From Rhizaria sp. SCN 62-66 (lineage: Eukaryota), in the NCBI GenBank assembly GCA_001724265.1, contig MEDY01000114.1, forward strand, positions 1 through 64,000: a stretch of DNA of 64,000 bases. Reading direction: 5' to 3'. The first letter of the stretch is position 1. Each line of letters begins with the position of its first letter. Shown here piece after piece: positions 24,001 through 39,000 of this stretch. The translations under genes were made by a program, and so were the position numbers. The notes below the pieces were generated by a model. That model worked only from the letters and a program-made list of their open reading frames with translations. It did no database searches and was not told where the DNA came from.

Positions 24001-27000
24001 GCCGCGGACTCCGCCTCGGCCCCCTCGTCCGCAGCCGCGGTCGCGCGGGTACGTAAGCCCGCGCGCGTGGAGCCCATCGCGCGGCTGATGGCGCGCGTGT
24101 TGCCGCTGCTGTCTTCGCCGCTGCCTGGCCCGCGTCTCGCGGCACTCGCTCTGCTGGCCCGCACGCACGCCACGCTCTCGCGCGCTCCCTACTTCCTCTA
24201 CCGCTTTGCGCTGCCGCTGGCGCGCGCGCTCATGGCCGCGCTCGCCCGCGCGCCTGCGGACCCCCCTGCTGCAGGCGCGGCCGCTGGCGCGCGCGCTGCG
24301 CTGCTGCGGCTGGGGCAAGCGCTCGCTACGGCGCCGTCGGAGGTGCTGGCTCTGCTGCTGCCTGTGGCGCGCGCTGAGAGGCGCAAGCGTAAACAGCTTG
24401 AACAGGGAGGCGCGCTGGTGCCAAACAGCGATGACGCGCTCTTCGCGTCGTTTATCGACCTGTTCGAGAACCAAATCCAAACCGCGCCGGATAGCCATAT
24501 CACCCCCGGCACTCCAGGCGACGCGGCTGCGAACAACCTCGCGGCGCTGGCCCTGTCTCAACGCAAGAATCGCGCTGGCGGCGAGCACCAGCACCAGCGT
24601 CTGCGCTTTGGGCTTGAGCTCGGCTCAAGCAGCAACAGCGCAGGCGGCGGCAGCAACGGTGCGAGCGACGGCGCTGCGCAGGGTCAAGGCCAGGGGATCG
24701 GCCAGGGCCTGCTGCTGTCCTCTGCGCGACTGGCGGCGCCGAGCACGCGCTCGCTCTTTGCCTTCGCATCGTGGCTGTTCCCGCTGATTGCGGCGCCGGA
24801 CCCGCTGTTGCGGCAGCAAGCGTTCGTGCTCTTCATCGCAACTGCCCCGCGCTGTCGGCCCGCGCGCACTCTGTTGAACAACAACTGCAGCACTGGCGCA
24901 AGCAGCGAAAGTAGCGGCGAGATGGCTGTGAGCAGCAGTCCACTGGGCCGCGCGCGCGACTGGGTGCAGCGCCTCGCGCTGACCGTGGGCTGGGCACATG
25001 TTGGTGCACTCCTCGAAGCGGCCGTTGGCAGCGGTGCGGCGAGGCCGCGCAGTCGCAAAGCTACGCCGGCCGATGCGAGCACTAGCGGCAACAGCGGTAC
25101 CGTGAATAACGCGAGCAGCACTGACGGCACGAGTTCAAGCACCGGCGCGAATGCACATGCTGTGCTCCGGACGCCGCTCATGCCGCCACTGTGGCTGCTG
25201 CGCGCCTGTGGTTACACTCTGCCCTCCGATCCTCAGAAGCAGGCCAGCTCTGGTGCCCAGTCGCATTCACAGCCGCAGACGCCCGAGGTGCAGTCAGCGA
25301 CCGTGTTCACGCAGTGGCTTTCATCGGTGACCGCGACCGTCGACGCGTACCACGCCCTCATCGCGACGGGCCTCGCGCTGCCCGAGCAACTTTTTGCGCT
25401 TAGTCCATTGCACGCCGCAACTGCGGGCAGTGAACGCATCGCAATGAGTGCGCATATGCCTCTGATGTGGACCGCTGTGTTTGTCGTGCTGCAGCTTGTC
25501 GCGTCGACTGCGACCGCGGCGCGCGACATCACGACTGCACGCTACACTCAAGCTAGTGGAGGTTGTGACAACGGCAGTGACGGGCGGTGGCTGTTGCTGT
25601 TTCCTCCAGCCTCTGCAACCGCGTGTGTTGCAGCTCTGACGCACACTGCAACCGCGGTTGCGCGGCTATTCGCGCGGCTTATGCACGCGCACCCGCAGTT
25701 CTTGCTCTCGGTCATTGACTACACACCGTCGCACGCGCAGCTGGCCAAGGAAACGACTGAGGCGCTTGCTCGTCGCGTGTTCCTTGCAGTGCAGCGCGCG
25801 GCTATCGCGCACGCACAACAGCAACAGAAAGGCCAGGTCGTGAACACTCAGCAGCAACAGGATCAACTGCTCCGGACTGTGCGCGGCGTCCAGGTGTGCA
25901 ACTACGCTGTGTTGCACCGCGTGCTGACTGAGAAGACCCTCTTCTCGGTCCTCCTCACGCTCACCTTGGACCCCTCGCTCGCTTTGTTGCAGGCCCACAT
26001 TGTGCGCCTCCATAGCACGCCTCCGCCGCGCACTGCGGGCGCCTCTGCTGGCTCACGCCGCCAGCAGCAGCGCGCCCAGCGCCAGCGCGCCGAGGGCGTG
26101 CTGCGCGCAGTGCAAGCCGCCTCGGTCGCGCTCAGCCAGCACACCGCCTCGCAGGTGGCTTCACTGCGCCCACCGGCCGCTGCCAGTGCTACCGCGTCTG
26201 GCTCGGGCGCAAGCATGCCGTACGCCGCCGCTGCATCTCGCGCCGCCGCCTCCGCCGCCTCCGCCGCCGCGACGCCCCCCGCGGCCGCGGCCGCGACAGG
26301 CGTGCTGTGGGTTGCGCTCGGCCGCTTCCTGCGCTCGCCGTGGCCCGGCGCGGGCGCGGAGATTATCCGCAGCCGGCTGCGGGCTTCGATGTCGAGCGCG
26401 CTTGCGCAGGCTTGCGCCGCGTACGCGCCCGCACTGCCGCCTCTGGCGTTGCTGACTAACTCTGCCAGCAGCAGCGACAATGCTAGTGATGAGTCCACCG
26501 AGTCTGAACAGAGCGCTGCGCTGCTGCAGCGTCTGCGCCGCACCCGCAGTATCGCTTTCAATGCCTACAGCGGCAGCTCGAGTGTCAGCGTGAGTGCGGT
26601 CGATAGCTCCCCCACGCACTACGCGTCAGTCTCTCCGCTGTTCCCGCCCAGCATGCAAGCCTGCGCGCTGCGCGCGTTGCAGTTGCTGCAGCAGACTGGC
26701 GTGTTGGCCGCCGCCACCGCGCCTGCTGCCACCGCCGCGCTCGCTGTCGGCTGCCTGATTGAGGCCGACGCACTCGCCGCCGCTGCAACTGCCGCTGCTG
26801 CCACTGCTGGACTGTCATCCACAAGCTCTGGCGACCAGCAAGCGCCGCTGCTGCCTGTGCCTGGTGTGAGCCTTGGCGGCGGCGGTGCGCCGCATTTCCG
26901 CGCACTAGGCGGCTGCTACCTGCGGCTGGCGCTGGCGCTTAAGGTTGACCCCCGCGCGCTGCTTGTTCACGCTCTGCCCTTTGCTAGCATGAACAATTTT

Positions 27001-30000
27001 GCTGCTGCGAGCTCAAGCTCGGGTGCCGCGGGCTCGATGTCGCCGCAGGGCTGGTGGTCGTTCCACAGCGTGTTCGTGGAGGAAGTAGCGGCGTGTCTTA
27101 CAGCGAATGTTGATACTCTGGGCAAGGAGCTCTGCTTCGTGGCTTTCGCACCCGAGCACGACATTGCTGCGGCCGCCGCGTTGCCTTTGCTCCAACAGCG
27201 CGCTCCCGAAGCAGTTACTGCTCTGCTGTACACTAATGCGAATAGCGCAAGCGCAAGTGCGAGCACAAGTGTCACCGCGATGGCGCGTGCGCGTGATGAG
27301 GCCGAGAACGCGGTTGCGTTTGCGTGGGCGTCCGCGCTGCAGCGGCCCCGCAGCGCGCTGCCGTGGTCGCCGTCGCCGTCGTTCGCGCTGCTGACCGGCA
27401 TCTGCCGCAGGCTGCTGGCGCGTCTGCGTGGACTTGGCGGCAACATCGCACGCGCGCGCGCCCGCTCTCGCGCAGTCGCATCTGTCGTGGTCGACGACTC
27501 GACCGCGAACGGCTCGAGCGAAGTAGGTGGGAATAACACCGCGAGTGACGAATGGGGTGGCATGGGTGTGACTCAGATGCTGCTCAGCCAGCACGTTGCG
27601 TGGGACGCAACCGCGCCCCTTCCCAACGACACGGTGGACACGACAAGCAGTCCCAGCACCGAGAGTGCGAGCACCTCAAATCGCTCCAAGACAACGGCCG
27701 CTGTGGAGAGTGATGAGGGCGCTGCCCCTCTGGACTCTGCTGCTGCACTCGCTCTCATGTCGTCGTACCGCTCAACACTGGCGACGGCGCGCGCCACCAT
27801 CAGTTCCGTGTCTGCCGCGCTGCCTGCCGCTGTGTGCTACTGGTGCCCTGGCCTATTCCCCGCTCCGCCTGCGCTGCCGCAGTCCCTTTCAGCCGCCACT
27901 GCGACTGTAGCCCGCTCTAAGGCCACTTCGGCCTTCGTGTCCGCCGCGCGCGCCACGCCATACAGCGCCCCGTCGCCGGGCTTCGTGCTCGAGGCATCGT
28001 TGACCGAGCTCTGGGCGCTGTTCCTCGCGCTCGACCGGCGCACCGCGCTCGCGTCGCCTGGCGCGCTGGCGCTCTTCACGCGCGCGCTCGGCACCGCGCT
28101 CTCGCCCAGCGCGCCCACCACCGTCGCCCTCCGCGCCGTCGGTGTGCTGGGCACGGTGCTCGAGGCGCTGGACGTTGCCAAGCGCGACAGTGAGGCCGAA
28201 GCTGCCAACGGCACTCCGAGCGTGATTGACTACGACGCGATTGCGACGGACCTGCTCTCGTGCGCGTCCCGTCTCGTTGACTCGCTGCCGCTTGACACGG
28301 ACGCGCTCCGCGCCTCGGCCTCGGCCACGCGCCCGCTGATCCTGTCACTGCTCGCCGCGTTCGTCACGTCACGGTCGTTCGCGCTGCTCGAGGTGCTGCT
28401 GCCGACTCTGGTCGCCGGCAAGGAAGTCTTCCTTGCGCCCGCAGCTGCCGCGGTCACTGAGGTACTCACGCTCCTTGCTCGTTCACCCGCCCGTGCACTG
28501 CAGAGCTACCCCTGTCCGCTCATTCCCCCGACATCTGCAGCCGCGCCCACTGTGGCCGGCGTGCTGAGCTTTGGTTTCGGCTGTGGCGAGGCGGAGGCGG
28601 TCGAGGCTGCGATGCAGGCCGCGCTGCTGCAGTCTGCCACGCCGCGCTCGCTGACCCAGGTGCTGTGCCACGCCGCCCGCCCGCTCGTCACCGCGGCGCG
28701 CGCTGCCGCTCTCGCAGCCGCGGCCAAGACCGCGGCGGCTGCCGTCAAGGACGCTGGCGCAGGAGCGGGTCCTGTCATGTTAGCGACTGCGGCCGAAACT
28801 GCCGCAGCTGCGACGGCGGCGGCAGACGCGCTGGCAAGCGACCCAGCGCGCGCGGAGCGTGACAACTGGCTGATTTCGCACGTGCTTGTTCCGGGGCTTA
28901 CGCTTTGCGCCGGCGTCGGCGCGGGCGGCGGCGACAGTACCGTGATCACCACGACTAGCAACAGCGGTTCGAGCGCGAGCGCGAGCGCGAGTGCGGGTGC
29001 AGACATGTGTGAGCTGCCGCGCGGGCTGGCCGCGGGCACAGTGTACCAGTTTTTCCGCGTACACGCAGCCGCGCTCGTCGCGCTCTGCACGAGCCACGAC
29101 GCGGTCACCTCCGCACTGCCGCCCCCCGCGCCCGCAGTCACGGCCGCCGCTATCACCACTCCGGCTGCTGCCGCCGCTGCGGCATCTTCTCCTGCTACGA
29201 TCACCGCCGCAACGACAGCCGGTGCTAACGCGCGCCGGCACGCGCAGGCGTTGGCACACACTGCGTCGGCGTATCAGCTGCTGACCCTGATGGCGGTGAA
29301 GATGAGCAAGACTGTGCTTGTGCGCGGCCTCGCTTTCGAATACAAGCTCCTCGCCAAGAAGGCTAGTGAACATGCATTCACGCCCGTATCTGGCGCGCCT
29401 GCTGTCGCTTCAGCTGCGGCCGCAGCCGCTACAGCTGCTGCAGCCGCCGGGCGCGCACTTGCGATGCCCCGTGACGCGCTCTACCAACTGCTGCCGTCTT
29501 CCCCCATGGCGATGGTGGATCACCCCGGGAACGGCGCGGCCGGTGTTGCAAGCGCGCTGCGTGAGTACCAAGCCGCGCAGCTGGCGCTGTCGCGTGCACT
29601 GGGCTCGCTGCCGCTGGGCGCGTTCCACGGCGCGGCGTGGGGCTTCCTCAGCGCGCTGCTGGTGCGCACGCAGGAGAAGTGCGACTCGATCGAGAAGATC
29701 TGCATGAAGGTCGACAAGGCTGCTGAACTCTGGCAAAACCTTGCCAGCGACAGTGCGGGCACCCCGTTCACGTTTGGCTTTGCAGCTAGCATCACCATGT
29801 CGGACGCCAACAGCGCTGGCGCTGGATCGACTGCTTCAGCTGCGGCTGCCGCGGCAGCGGCGGCCGCTGATAAGGACGCGCAGTTACTCGCGAAGGTGCG
29901 TGCCCATGTTGATCGTCAGCAGCAGCAGCTTCAACAGTCGCAGATCTCGTCTCAGCAACAGCAGCAGCACAAGACCGGAACATTCGTGGGTGGAACGTTC

Positions 30001-33000
30001 AACTCTGGTACTTTCACTGCAGGTTCCTTTACCAGTGGCAGCAGCTCGACCACGAGCAAAAACGCACATATAGCGCGGCCCAACGGCGGCGTTGGTCTCA
30101 ACGGTTTGATTTTCGACCCACGCCTCTATCAGGCCTCTGTCGCGGGCGTGGGTTCAGTGCCCGCATCAGTAGCCTTCATCGTGCCCTCGAGCTAGACCAC
30201 CGTAGCCGCACAGTCTGCTGCCCCCGACGCGGTTGTATCTCTGGCTGCCGAGCCCGCGCTGCCGCCGATTGTGGTGTCGTTGCTGCCCGGCGACGCCCCA
30301 CGCGCGCAGGACGCGCCGCTAGACGCGTTGGATCTCAGCACGCTGTTCTCGGATCCCGACGCGCTCAACACCACTGCCGGCGTCGAGGCGGTTACTCGCC
30401 ACGCGACCGCGCTGGCCGCGCTGTACCCCGATGCGTACATGACCAACGCAACGGCGCCTACGCTCCGCGTCGTGCTCGCCGGCCTCAATCTCAACAGCAG
30501 TAGCAACAGCAGTGCGTCTCTGGCGCACCCGCCCGGCGCCGCCCGTGGCGCGCGCTGGCTCGCTGCCAAGACTGTTCTGAACCTGCCGCAGCTGTTTGCA
30601 CCCTTCGCAGCCGAGCTATTCACTCCGCTCGCTCTGCTGCTGGCGGCGCCTGAGAGCGAGACTGGTGCGCGCGGCTTCCACTACTTGCTGCGCGATATTG
30701 TGTTTCTGTTCGTGATCGAGTGGCGCGACTTCGTGCCCAGCCCGGAGCGCCACGGGGCCGCCGCCACGGCCCTGCTGCGCAGGTTAATGGCGTCCGCCGG
30801 CGACTACGACGGCGACCAGCGCACGAGCCGGCTGCGGCAGAACCTGCTGCTGGTCAAGATCTTCACGGAGAAGTTCCGCGCGTGCGTCAAGTACGACGCC
30901 CGCGTGCTGCTCGCGCACATCAGCACGCAGGAGCCGCGCCGCATGGTCGTCCACGCGACGCCCGACAAAAGTAGCGCTCACGGTGTCGGTGTGAACCATG
31001 CTCAGTCAGCTTTGGGCGCGGGCGCGGCTGCCAGTAAGGTCAAGACCGAGCCCGGCACTGCCACAAGCACCGCTCTTAGCAATGTCGTGTACACAGTAAC
31101 TGTGGAGACTGATCCTGAGGTTCTGCGGGATCCTTTCTGGACAGCAAGAAGCAGCGCTCCTAGCAGTAGTGTTAACTTCGTCAACGATGGTTTCGGCGCG
31201 CTTCCCGGTACCCTCTCTGCAGAGATTATGCGCGCGCTGACATTCCCCGTCACCGTATTCCCCGACCGCAACGCCGGCTACTCGCTGTTCAATCTCACTC
31301 AGGCGCTGACGATCTCGCCGCTGACGCCGATGCTGCCGCACTCGTTCCGCCCCGACCGGCCGCCGAAGCCGTTCCCGCCCGTAATCATCCTCTGCGAGAC
31401 GGCGTGCGGCCACCTGTCGTCGACGCTGCGCACTGTTGCCTCCGCTGCGGCTGATGTCCTCGGCCTCGCCATCGCGCGTGCTCATACCGCGTTGCTTGAC
31501 CGCCGCCGCACGCTGCTGCAGCTTATGACCGCACTGGACCGCGAGGGCGGCTTTGCAGCGCGCCTCACCAACGCGCGCGCGCAGGCGCTGACTGAGCGCG
31601 TGGCGGCCGCGCGCGAGGAGCTGGCCGGCGCGATGAACCGGCAGCGCCTGCTCACGGACCGCGTGCGCACAGGCGCGGCGCGCGCGCTGACGACGCTCGG
31701 CCAGGCCGGCGGGCGCGACGGGCTGGGCACTGCGGTGGACACGGTGTGTCGCCTCGCCATGCGCGCCTACGCGCCCACGCTTGCGCGCGGAGACAGGAAC
31801 GCGCCGCCGCTGCTTGTGATCAAGAGCATTGGCAAGGATGGCGCTGTCGACTCCGCCGACGTGGTCGCCACCGCCGATGCCGCGGCGGCCACAGCAGCCA
31901 GCATTGCTGCAACTGCTACCAATAGCGGCAAGCCATGCTCCGTGACTGTGGACGCTGGCGGCTTCACTTTGATCAACGGCGCGCTGTTGATGGAGGTCGC
32001 ATCGCTGCCGCTGACGACGCTGTCACAGGGTGCATTGCGCAAGGTTGTTGCGCTCGTCCGCTACGGCGCTGCCGCGGAGGCCGTGCCGACGACTACTGTG
32101 ACCGCGAGCACGCCCACCGCCGCGGGTCCCGCTGTCGGCGTGAGCACGGCTGCGACCACGAGCTCCCAGGTGTCGATCACGGACCTGCTCGTGATGGTGC
32201 GCAAGCTTATTCCCGTCGCGTTCCCGCCGCCTACGCAGGCTGCGGCGAGTGTGACTGACGCGGACGCGCAGTGCGAGACGCTGCTGTTCCTTCAGGACGT
32301 GCTGCGCCGCCTCACCACCGGCTACTCAGAGTCTGTGGACCAGGGACTCTCGCATTCGTTCCACATGGATGATCACGAGTCTATTGCAGCCGCCCCGGTT
32401 GTCACTGATTTGGCCGCGTACCACGAGGTGCTTTCGCTTTTGTTGTCGTCAGCTGCTCCTGTTTGTGGCGTTCACGTCGACCCACGCCTCCGCACCGCGC
32501 TGTTCGATGTGCTTACGTTCGTGCACAACACGTACCCCGACTTTGCGCCGCTGCGCGAGGCCACGGCGGCTCTCAGTGCGGCGGCCTCTGCAGTGCCGCC
32601 CGCCGTCTCTGCGAACCCGTGGGCTGACGTGTATGCCTTGCGCGCTGCTGCATCGACGGCTGTGGCGCTTGCCAACGCCGCGAAGAATGACGCCATCGCA
32701 GTTGATGCTGACGGTGCGGTTGCGCCTACTGGTGGGATGCGCCACGTCAACAGCAGCGACTCCGGTCCGTTTGCTGCTGCTGCGGCCACTGCTGCGGCTG
32801 CGGCGACTGTCGCAACTGCAGCGGCATCTTTCCTGTGTCAGCCGCCGTCGTCTGCCTCTCAAGACACCGTCACGGCGATCTCGACCACGGCTGCCGGCTT
32901 GTCGCCGCTGTGGCTGGAGCCCTTCCCGCAGCTGCTACGCGCGGCCGCATGTGTGGCCAACTCCCCCGTGGTAAACGCTGTCACTGGCCAACTCTTTGCC

Positions 33001-36000
33001 GCGCTCGCCGACTCAGACCCAGGACTGCGTGCGCGCGCGCTCGCCTTCTGGGGCGCGCCCGCACGCACCCCGCGTAACTTCCTCGATCTATTCCTGTTCC
33101 TTGGCACCGTCGTCGCCGCGCCTGCGACACCCGCGGCGCGCATGAAGGCCGCCGCTGGCTACTGGCCGCGTGCCGTCCAGCGCGGCAGCGCGAGCACTGC
33201 GGCCGCTCTGGGCGCCACGCCGCCGGGCTTCACGCTGCCCGAGGACAGCGTTGGCGGCCGCTGGCTGCCATCCGCCGTCGTGCTGCTTGCCTCCGCGTCG
33301 ACGTCGAATCGCAGCAACGCCGGCGGCGACGAGGTCGTGCTCGGCCGGCCGCTGCTGGTCGACAGCCGGTTCGTCGACTACCACCTCGACCCCCGCGCCG
33401 GCGCCGCCCACGGCCACGTCGGCGCCGGCTTCGGCGTCGCCGGCAGCGGGTCGCTGCTCACGAGCGGCCGCGAAGGCTTCGGTACTCTCGCGGCGCTGCT
33501 ACAGGGCCGCGGTGGCACGCTAGCAGGTTCTGTGCGCTCGTCGTCGCTGCGCACCTCTGCCACGTGGGGCGGCTCGATGCTCACGGGCTTCTCGCTGGGC
33601 TCCCTCGGCGGCGGCGCGGTGTGGGGCGGCAGCGTGGCTGTGGGCGGCACTCACGGCCAGAACCAGGACAGCGGTGCGAACCAAAGTCAAGCTGCATCCT
33701 GGGTCTCTGCCAGCATCAACCCGGTCATCGCAGGGGCGGCGCTTGGCGGTCGGAATAGGGCGCGCGGCATGCCGAACTCGTACTCGCTCGACCCCAACGC
33801 GCCCTTCGCAGCCGCAACGTCGGACGACAGCGAGACGGCCGCACGGGATGGCGATGGGGACGTTGACGACGACGACAATGCTTCTGTGCAGACTAGTGGA
33901 ACCAGCACCAGCACAAGCACGAAGAGGCAAGCTGCGCACACAGCGTTCCCAACCGCTCATGCTGCTGCAAACAGCAGTCGTGCACTTTCTGCCCGCAGTC
34001 AGCAGCAGCAAGCGGCTCGCGCCGCTTTCATTCGCGCGACCGACTCGACTTCTATCGAGCTTGGCCTGACTGCCACCGCGGCACCTTTGCCTGACCCTTC
34101 GTCCGCGTCCGGTGCGTCTGCGCTGACTGCCGCCACGGCCGCCGCCGCCTCGTACCGCCCCACAGCGCTCGCGCGCCGCCTCGCGGTCACGGGCGACGCG
34201 GGCGCCGCTCTCGCTCAGCGCGCCGGCTTCATCGCCGCACAGCGCAGGGACAAGGCCTCCGTGACGGCGCAGGCCCGCTCGCGCGCAGCGGCTGCTGCCG
34301 GCGGCCGCGCGCGGCTCCTGCGGCGATACCGCGCCGGCGACGTGCCCGACACGGAGGTCTCGCTGCGGGACGTGGTCGCGCCCCTGCTTTCTCTCGCGGG
34401 ATCGGAGGCCGGCGTTGCGAAGGGCGTGTTTGGCGCGCTGACCGCTGCGGCAGTCGCCGCGCTTGCACCCAGCAGTGGCGCCGACGGGGCCGTGACTATG
34501 GGCGGACGCGCTGTGGCGTCCGACGAGGACAAGGCTGCCGCGCTGTTCATGGTTGTGACGGCAGTCATGTCGCTGCTGCGCCAGTGCAGTTCATCGCACA
34601 CCAGCAACGCGGGCGCTGCGAACAGCGCCAATAGCGGTGTTAGTGACAGTGTCGGTGCCGCTGATCTGTCGACCGTGGCGACTGTGCCTGCTCCTGTGAG
34701 CGCGACGATCGAGGCGCTGCACACGCTGCTGCTGTTGTGTCTGACGGCGAACCCCCGTGCATGCGCACTTGCGCTGTCGCCAGCGGATGTTTCCGTCGTA
34801 GCCGCCACCGCAGCTGCCGCGCGCCGTGCCCCCGCAGCCGTGGCCCTGCTCGAGACGCTGTTATTGCATGCCTCGACGAACGGCGGCCTCACTCTGTCCT
34901 CAGACCCAACGAACGAGTCGGCGCATGACGAGGGCAGTACCACCGCTGTTGCTGCAGCGGCTGGCCGCAAGAGGCGGCGCCAGAGGGACAACGCCGATGA
35001 CGACAACTACGGTGATGACGGTGACGGCGACGCCGCGGCGGCGACAGAGGCTGCGCTGGAGTTCGCAGCCGCGCCGCTGCAACTGCCAGTGCTGCGCCGC
35101 GACCGCCCCCGCGCGAGCCGCCGGCTGACCTCGGTCCTGACGCCACTCGCCGCGCGCGCCGCCGCCGCGCTGGCCTCGCTGCAGGTCCCGGCGCTGCTGG
35201 GCGACCCCGCCGTCGCGCTATCGCTGCGTGCGCAGCTGTCGCGGCACCCGGTCTCCGGCGCCGTGGCGGCCGCGGTCAGCGCCGGCGGCCACCGCACCGC
35301 GCTAATGCGGTGCAACGACGTGCAGCGCGAGTTCGACGAGCAGGAGCAGCAGGGCGACGCCGGCGGCGCCTGGGGTGCGGCGGCCGTCTCAGTCTCTGGC
35401 TCCGGCGCGCACGGCCAGGCGCGCGCGGCTGTGGGACGCGAGGAGCAGGACTGGTGGGAGGACACGCGTCTGTCGTGTCTGGCGAGCCTCGGCGAGTGGG
35501 ACAACCTCAGCGCCAACATGAAGGCCGAGTACGGCGACGACTACGCCGCTGTGTGGGTCACCGGCGCCACTAGTGTCGCTGCGAACGCGAGCAACGCGTT
35601 GACGTCTGTCTCGCGCGCTTTGCAGCGCGGCGGCGGCCGCCGTGGTGGCGCCAGTGCGGGAGCTGCGAGCGTCAACGCTGGGCTGAGCCAGCAGCGCAGC
35701 ACTGCTCTGTCGCTCATTATCACTGCAGGCCTTGCCACGCCCGCGGCACGCGCAGAGCTGATGAGCTTCGTGCAGCGTGCCTTCGCTGACTCCAACTCCA
35801 CCTCGAATAGCAGCTCTTTTAGCAACGCGCCGGCACAAATCCAACCGTCCGGCACTGCTGCTGCCGTGTCTGCGGCGTCGATGGCAACGGTGCTGGACAA
35901 GCGCGCTTTGCTCGAGGCGCGCTTCCCTCTGGAGCTCGCCACTCTCTTCGCGCTCACGCCCGCCTCTGCGGCGGTCGCGCACAACCACACGGTCCCGGTC

Positions 36001-39000
36001 GCCAACAACCACATCGTGCTGGCCAGCGGCGGCGATTTCACTGCGTCCCGTCTCTACCTCCAGGGCTACTACAGCAGGTTCATCGACCTCTGGGCCGGTG
36101 CGCCGCTGCCGCTGCCCGCCGCGCTCGCCGCCGCGTTCGCCACGCTGCCGTCGCCTGCGCGGCTTCTCACGCAGCAAAGCAACGGCACGTCAGGCACAGG
36201 CGCGACGGACACTGGCGCTAATGCCAGTGGCGCCGCTGCGCTGGCCCCGTTCTACGCAGCCCTCGCACAGGCCGCGCCGCCGCGCGTGGCGTTAACGCAG
36301 CCGCTGCAGCTGGCGACCGAAGTCAACGAGTACATCGACACCGTCGCTCCGCTGCGCACGGCGGTCGCCACCGTCGCCGCGAGCGCAACCACCGCGGCGC
36401 CGGTGTCCGCGACCGCGGCCGCGCAGCAGGGCGCCGCTGAGGTCGCGCTGGCCCTGTTCCGCGCGGTCGCCCGCGTCACCGCCGTGCCTGCCGCGCCGTC
36501 CGCGGCGGCTCGCGAGCTGTGGCGCGGCTGGGAGGCCTCGTGCTCCGCGCTGGCGGCCACGGCGTCGCGCTGGCGCTCGCGCTTCCCCGCGCAGACCGAC
36601 TCCCTCGCGCTGTGGGATCGTGTCGCGCGCGCGCGCCGCGGGTACGCGGGACAGGCGCTGGCGTCGCTGGCCGTCGTGCTCAACGCTGCCGTTGCGTGCT
36701 GCAACGGATTGGCGCAACAACTGCACACGAGCCTCCTGGAGCAGCAACAGCTGCAGCAACAGGGGGGCGCTGGTGACCTGCAGCGGATTGATTATCCGCC
36801 GTCATTGTCGCCCTCGCGGCTCAACTTCCTGCGCGAACGCCTCTTCTCATCGGCCTCAGCCGCCCGCACCGCAGTGCGCGTGACGTTCACGCGCGCTGCG
36901 GCGACCGCGATGAGCGGCGCGGCGGCAGGACGCGACCCGTTGACGGCGGCGCGCGTCGTTGACGACGGCGCTGAGGCCGCTGCTGAAGTCACCGCAGTCA
37001 TGTCCACAGTCGCTGCGGTTGCGCCGTACGCCTTTGCTGTTGAGCAGCTGCTGCGGGACTCGCGCAGGCAGAAGCAGGAGCAAGGCGTCGAAGAGAAGGA
37101 TGCAGACGATGCTGACGAGCAATACGACTATGCTGGCGGCAATGCGGGCTCAATTCCACTTTCTATCTCGGCGCCCATGACCGACACACCCGCTGCCACG
37201 GCGGCCGCTGCAGCCGCCGCGGCTGCCGCTGCTGCCGCCACGACGACGACCGCGGCCGATGCCTTCACGGCCGTTGCGATCGAGTGGGACCTGGACGCAT
37301 GTCTGGCCACGTGCCAGGAACTCGAGATTCAGACGCAGCTCTGCCTGGGCAACCTCAGCGACTGGACCGACGACGCCTCCGCGGCCGCAGCGCAGGCCGC
37401 GCGCACCGCCCCGCCCGGCGCGGCCCCTCGCGTGCCGCGCGAAGTCGGCGCGGCGCTGGCGACGCGTCTGCTGGAGCTGCTGCAGCGGCTGGAGACCGAG
37501 TCGACGCGCGCCGTCACTGTGCAGGCCGACTGGCACCGCGCGACGCAGTCGTTCAAGGTCATTGTGCAGCAGCAACAGCAGCAGGGGCAGGGACAGGGAC
37601 AACAGCCGTTCCGGTACCTGTCACCCCGCGAGATCGCGCTGCTGTCCTCTGCAGCCGCGACGGGCACTGCGCTGTCGCACTCAGTCACGCACCCTGGCAG
37701 TGCCGCTGACGCTGGGAACGACAACACCGCGCGAAACTCGCCCACGGCTCGTGTACTGGCACGTCTGCCTCCCGCGCTGCGCGCGCACTGGGGTCTGTTT
37801 TCGCACGAAGTCTGGTCACGGCTTAACTTCCACACCGCTTCGCTCCTCGCACAGCGTGTGTTGGTGCAGAAGGCTCTCCTCGCCGCGCTCTCCACTCCCG
37901 TTGCCATCAGCACCGGCCTTAGCGCGAGTCCTAGTTCCGCCCACGCCGCGAGCGGTGCGAGTGATGCCAGTGCTTTTTTCAGCAGCAGCTCCAGCAGCGG
38001 CAGCCACGGCGCCGGCTCAGACTGGTCTCCTGCCGCGACGACCGCAGCCGTGCGCGCTGTGCCAGCGGTGCTTGCGTTCATCCGTAGCAACCGCGTCGCG
38101 CTGGTCCGCAGCACGCGCGCGCTCGCGGACTCGGCCCGCCGCTCGTTCGGCAAGGCCGCCGACCTCTCTGCGCGCGCGCTGGGCCTCACTCGGCCCGCTC
38201 CACGTGCCGGTGTGAGTACCCTCGACGGCGACGTTGATGGGGTGTCGTTATACCCTCGTTCGACGATATATAGCTACGCGAGTGCACAACAGAAGCAGTC
38301 GAGTGCGCCTCTTTCGTCCTCGTCCTCGACTGCATCGAGCACGTACTCCGCTAACGCTGCGTCGGCGGATCACCTTCTGTCGATGAGCAGCGCGTGCCAC
38401 GCCGAGGCGCGTGAAGTGTGCTCACGGTCCCTACTCGTTCTCGCTGCCTTCTGTGACTCTATTATCGGCGAGGACGAAGACGCCAAGGAAGCGGCTGCAC
38501 GCGCCGCGTCGAGAGACCGTGAGCAGCAGCTGGCGCAGAGCCGGCAGCATGGCGCGCACGAGAGGCAGGAGCGCGAGCGCGCTGACCGCGACCGTCTGCG
38601 CCGCGCCAAGGGGCTTGCTGCTGCTGCAGCCGCGGCTGGTGGGTCTCTCGCGCAGTCACTTGTGGTCATTGACATGAATGATGATGACGACAACACGGCG
38701 GCCTCCTCTGGGCGCACCACAAAGGGTGGCCGCACTGCCAGTGCGAATAGTCGCAACACCGCTGCTGCTACTGCTGCTGCTGCTAGTGATCCCGCGAATA
38801 CTGACAGCGACGCCATTCCTGCGGTGCTCACCACAGCCTGGTTTCTCTCTCCTCCCAACGCCACTGGAGCCAGTGCTGGTGCCACGGGCTCGAGCAGCGA
38901 GGAGGACACTGCTTCGTGCACGCGCGCGCTCGTTGCATCGTACGTGTCCTCAGTGCTGCGCGCGATGGCGCTCAACAGCGCCCCCGCGCGCGCTTTGTTC

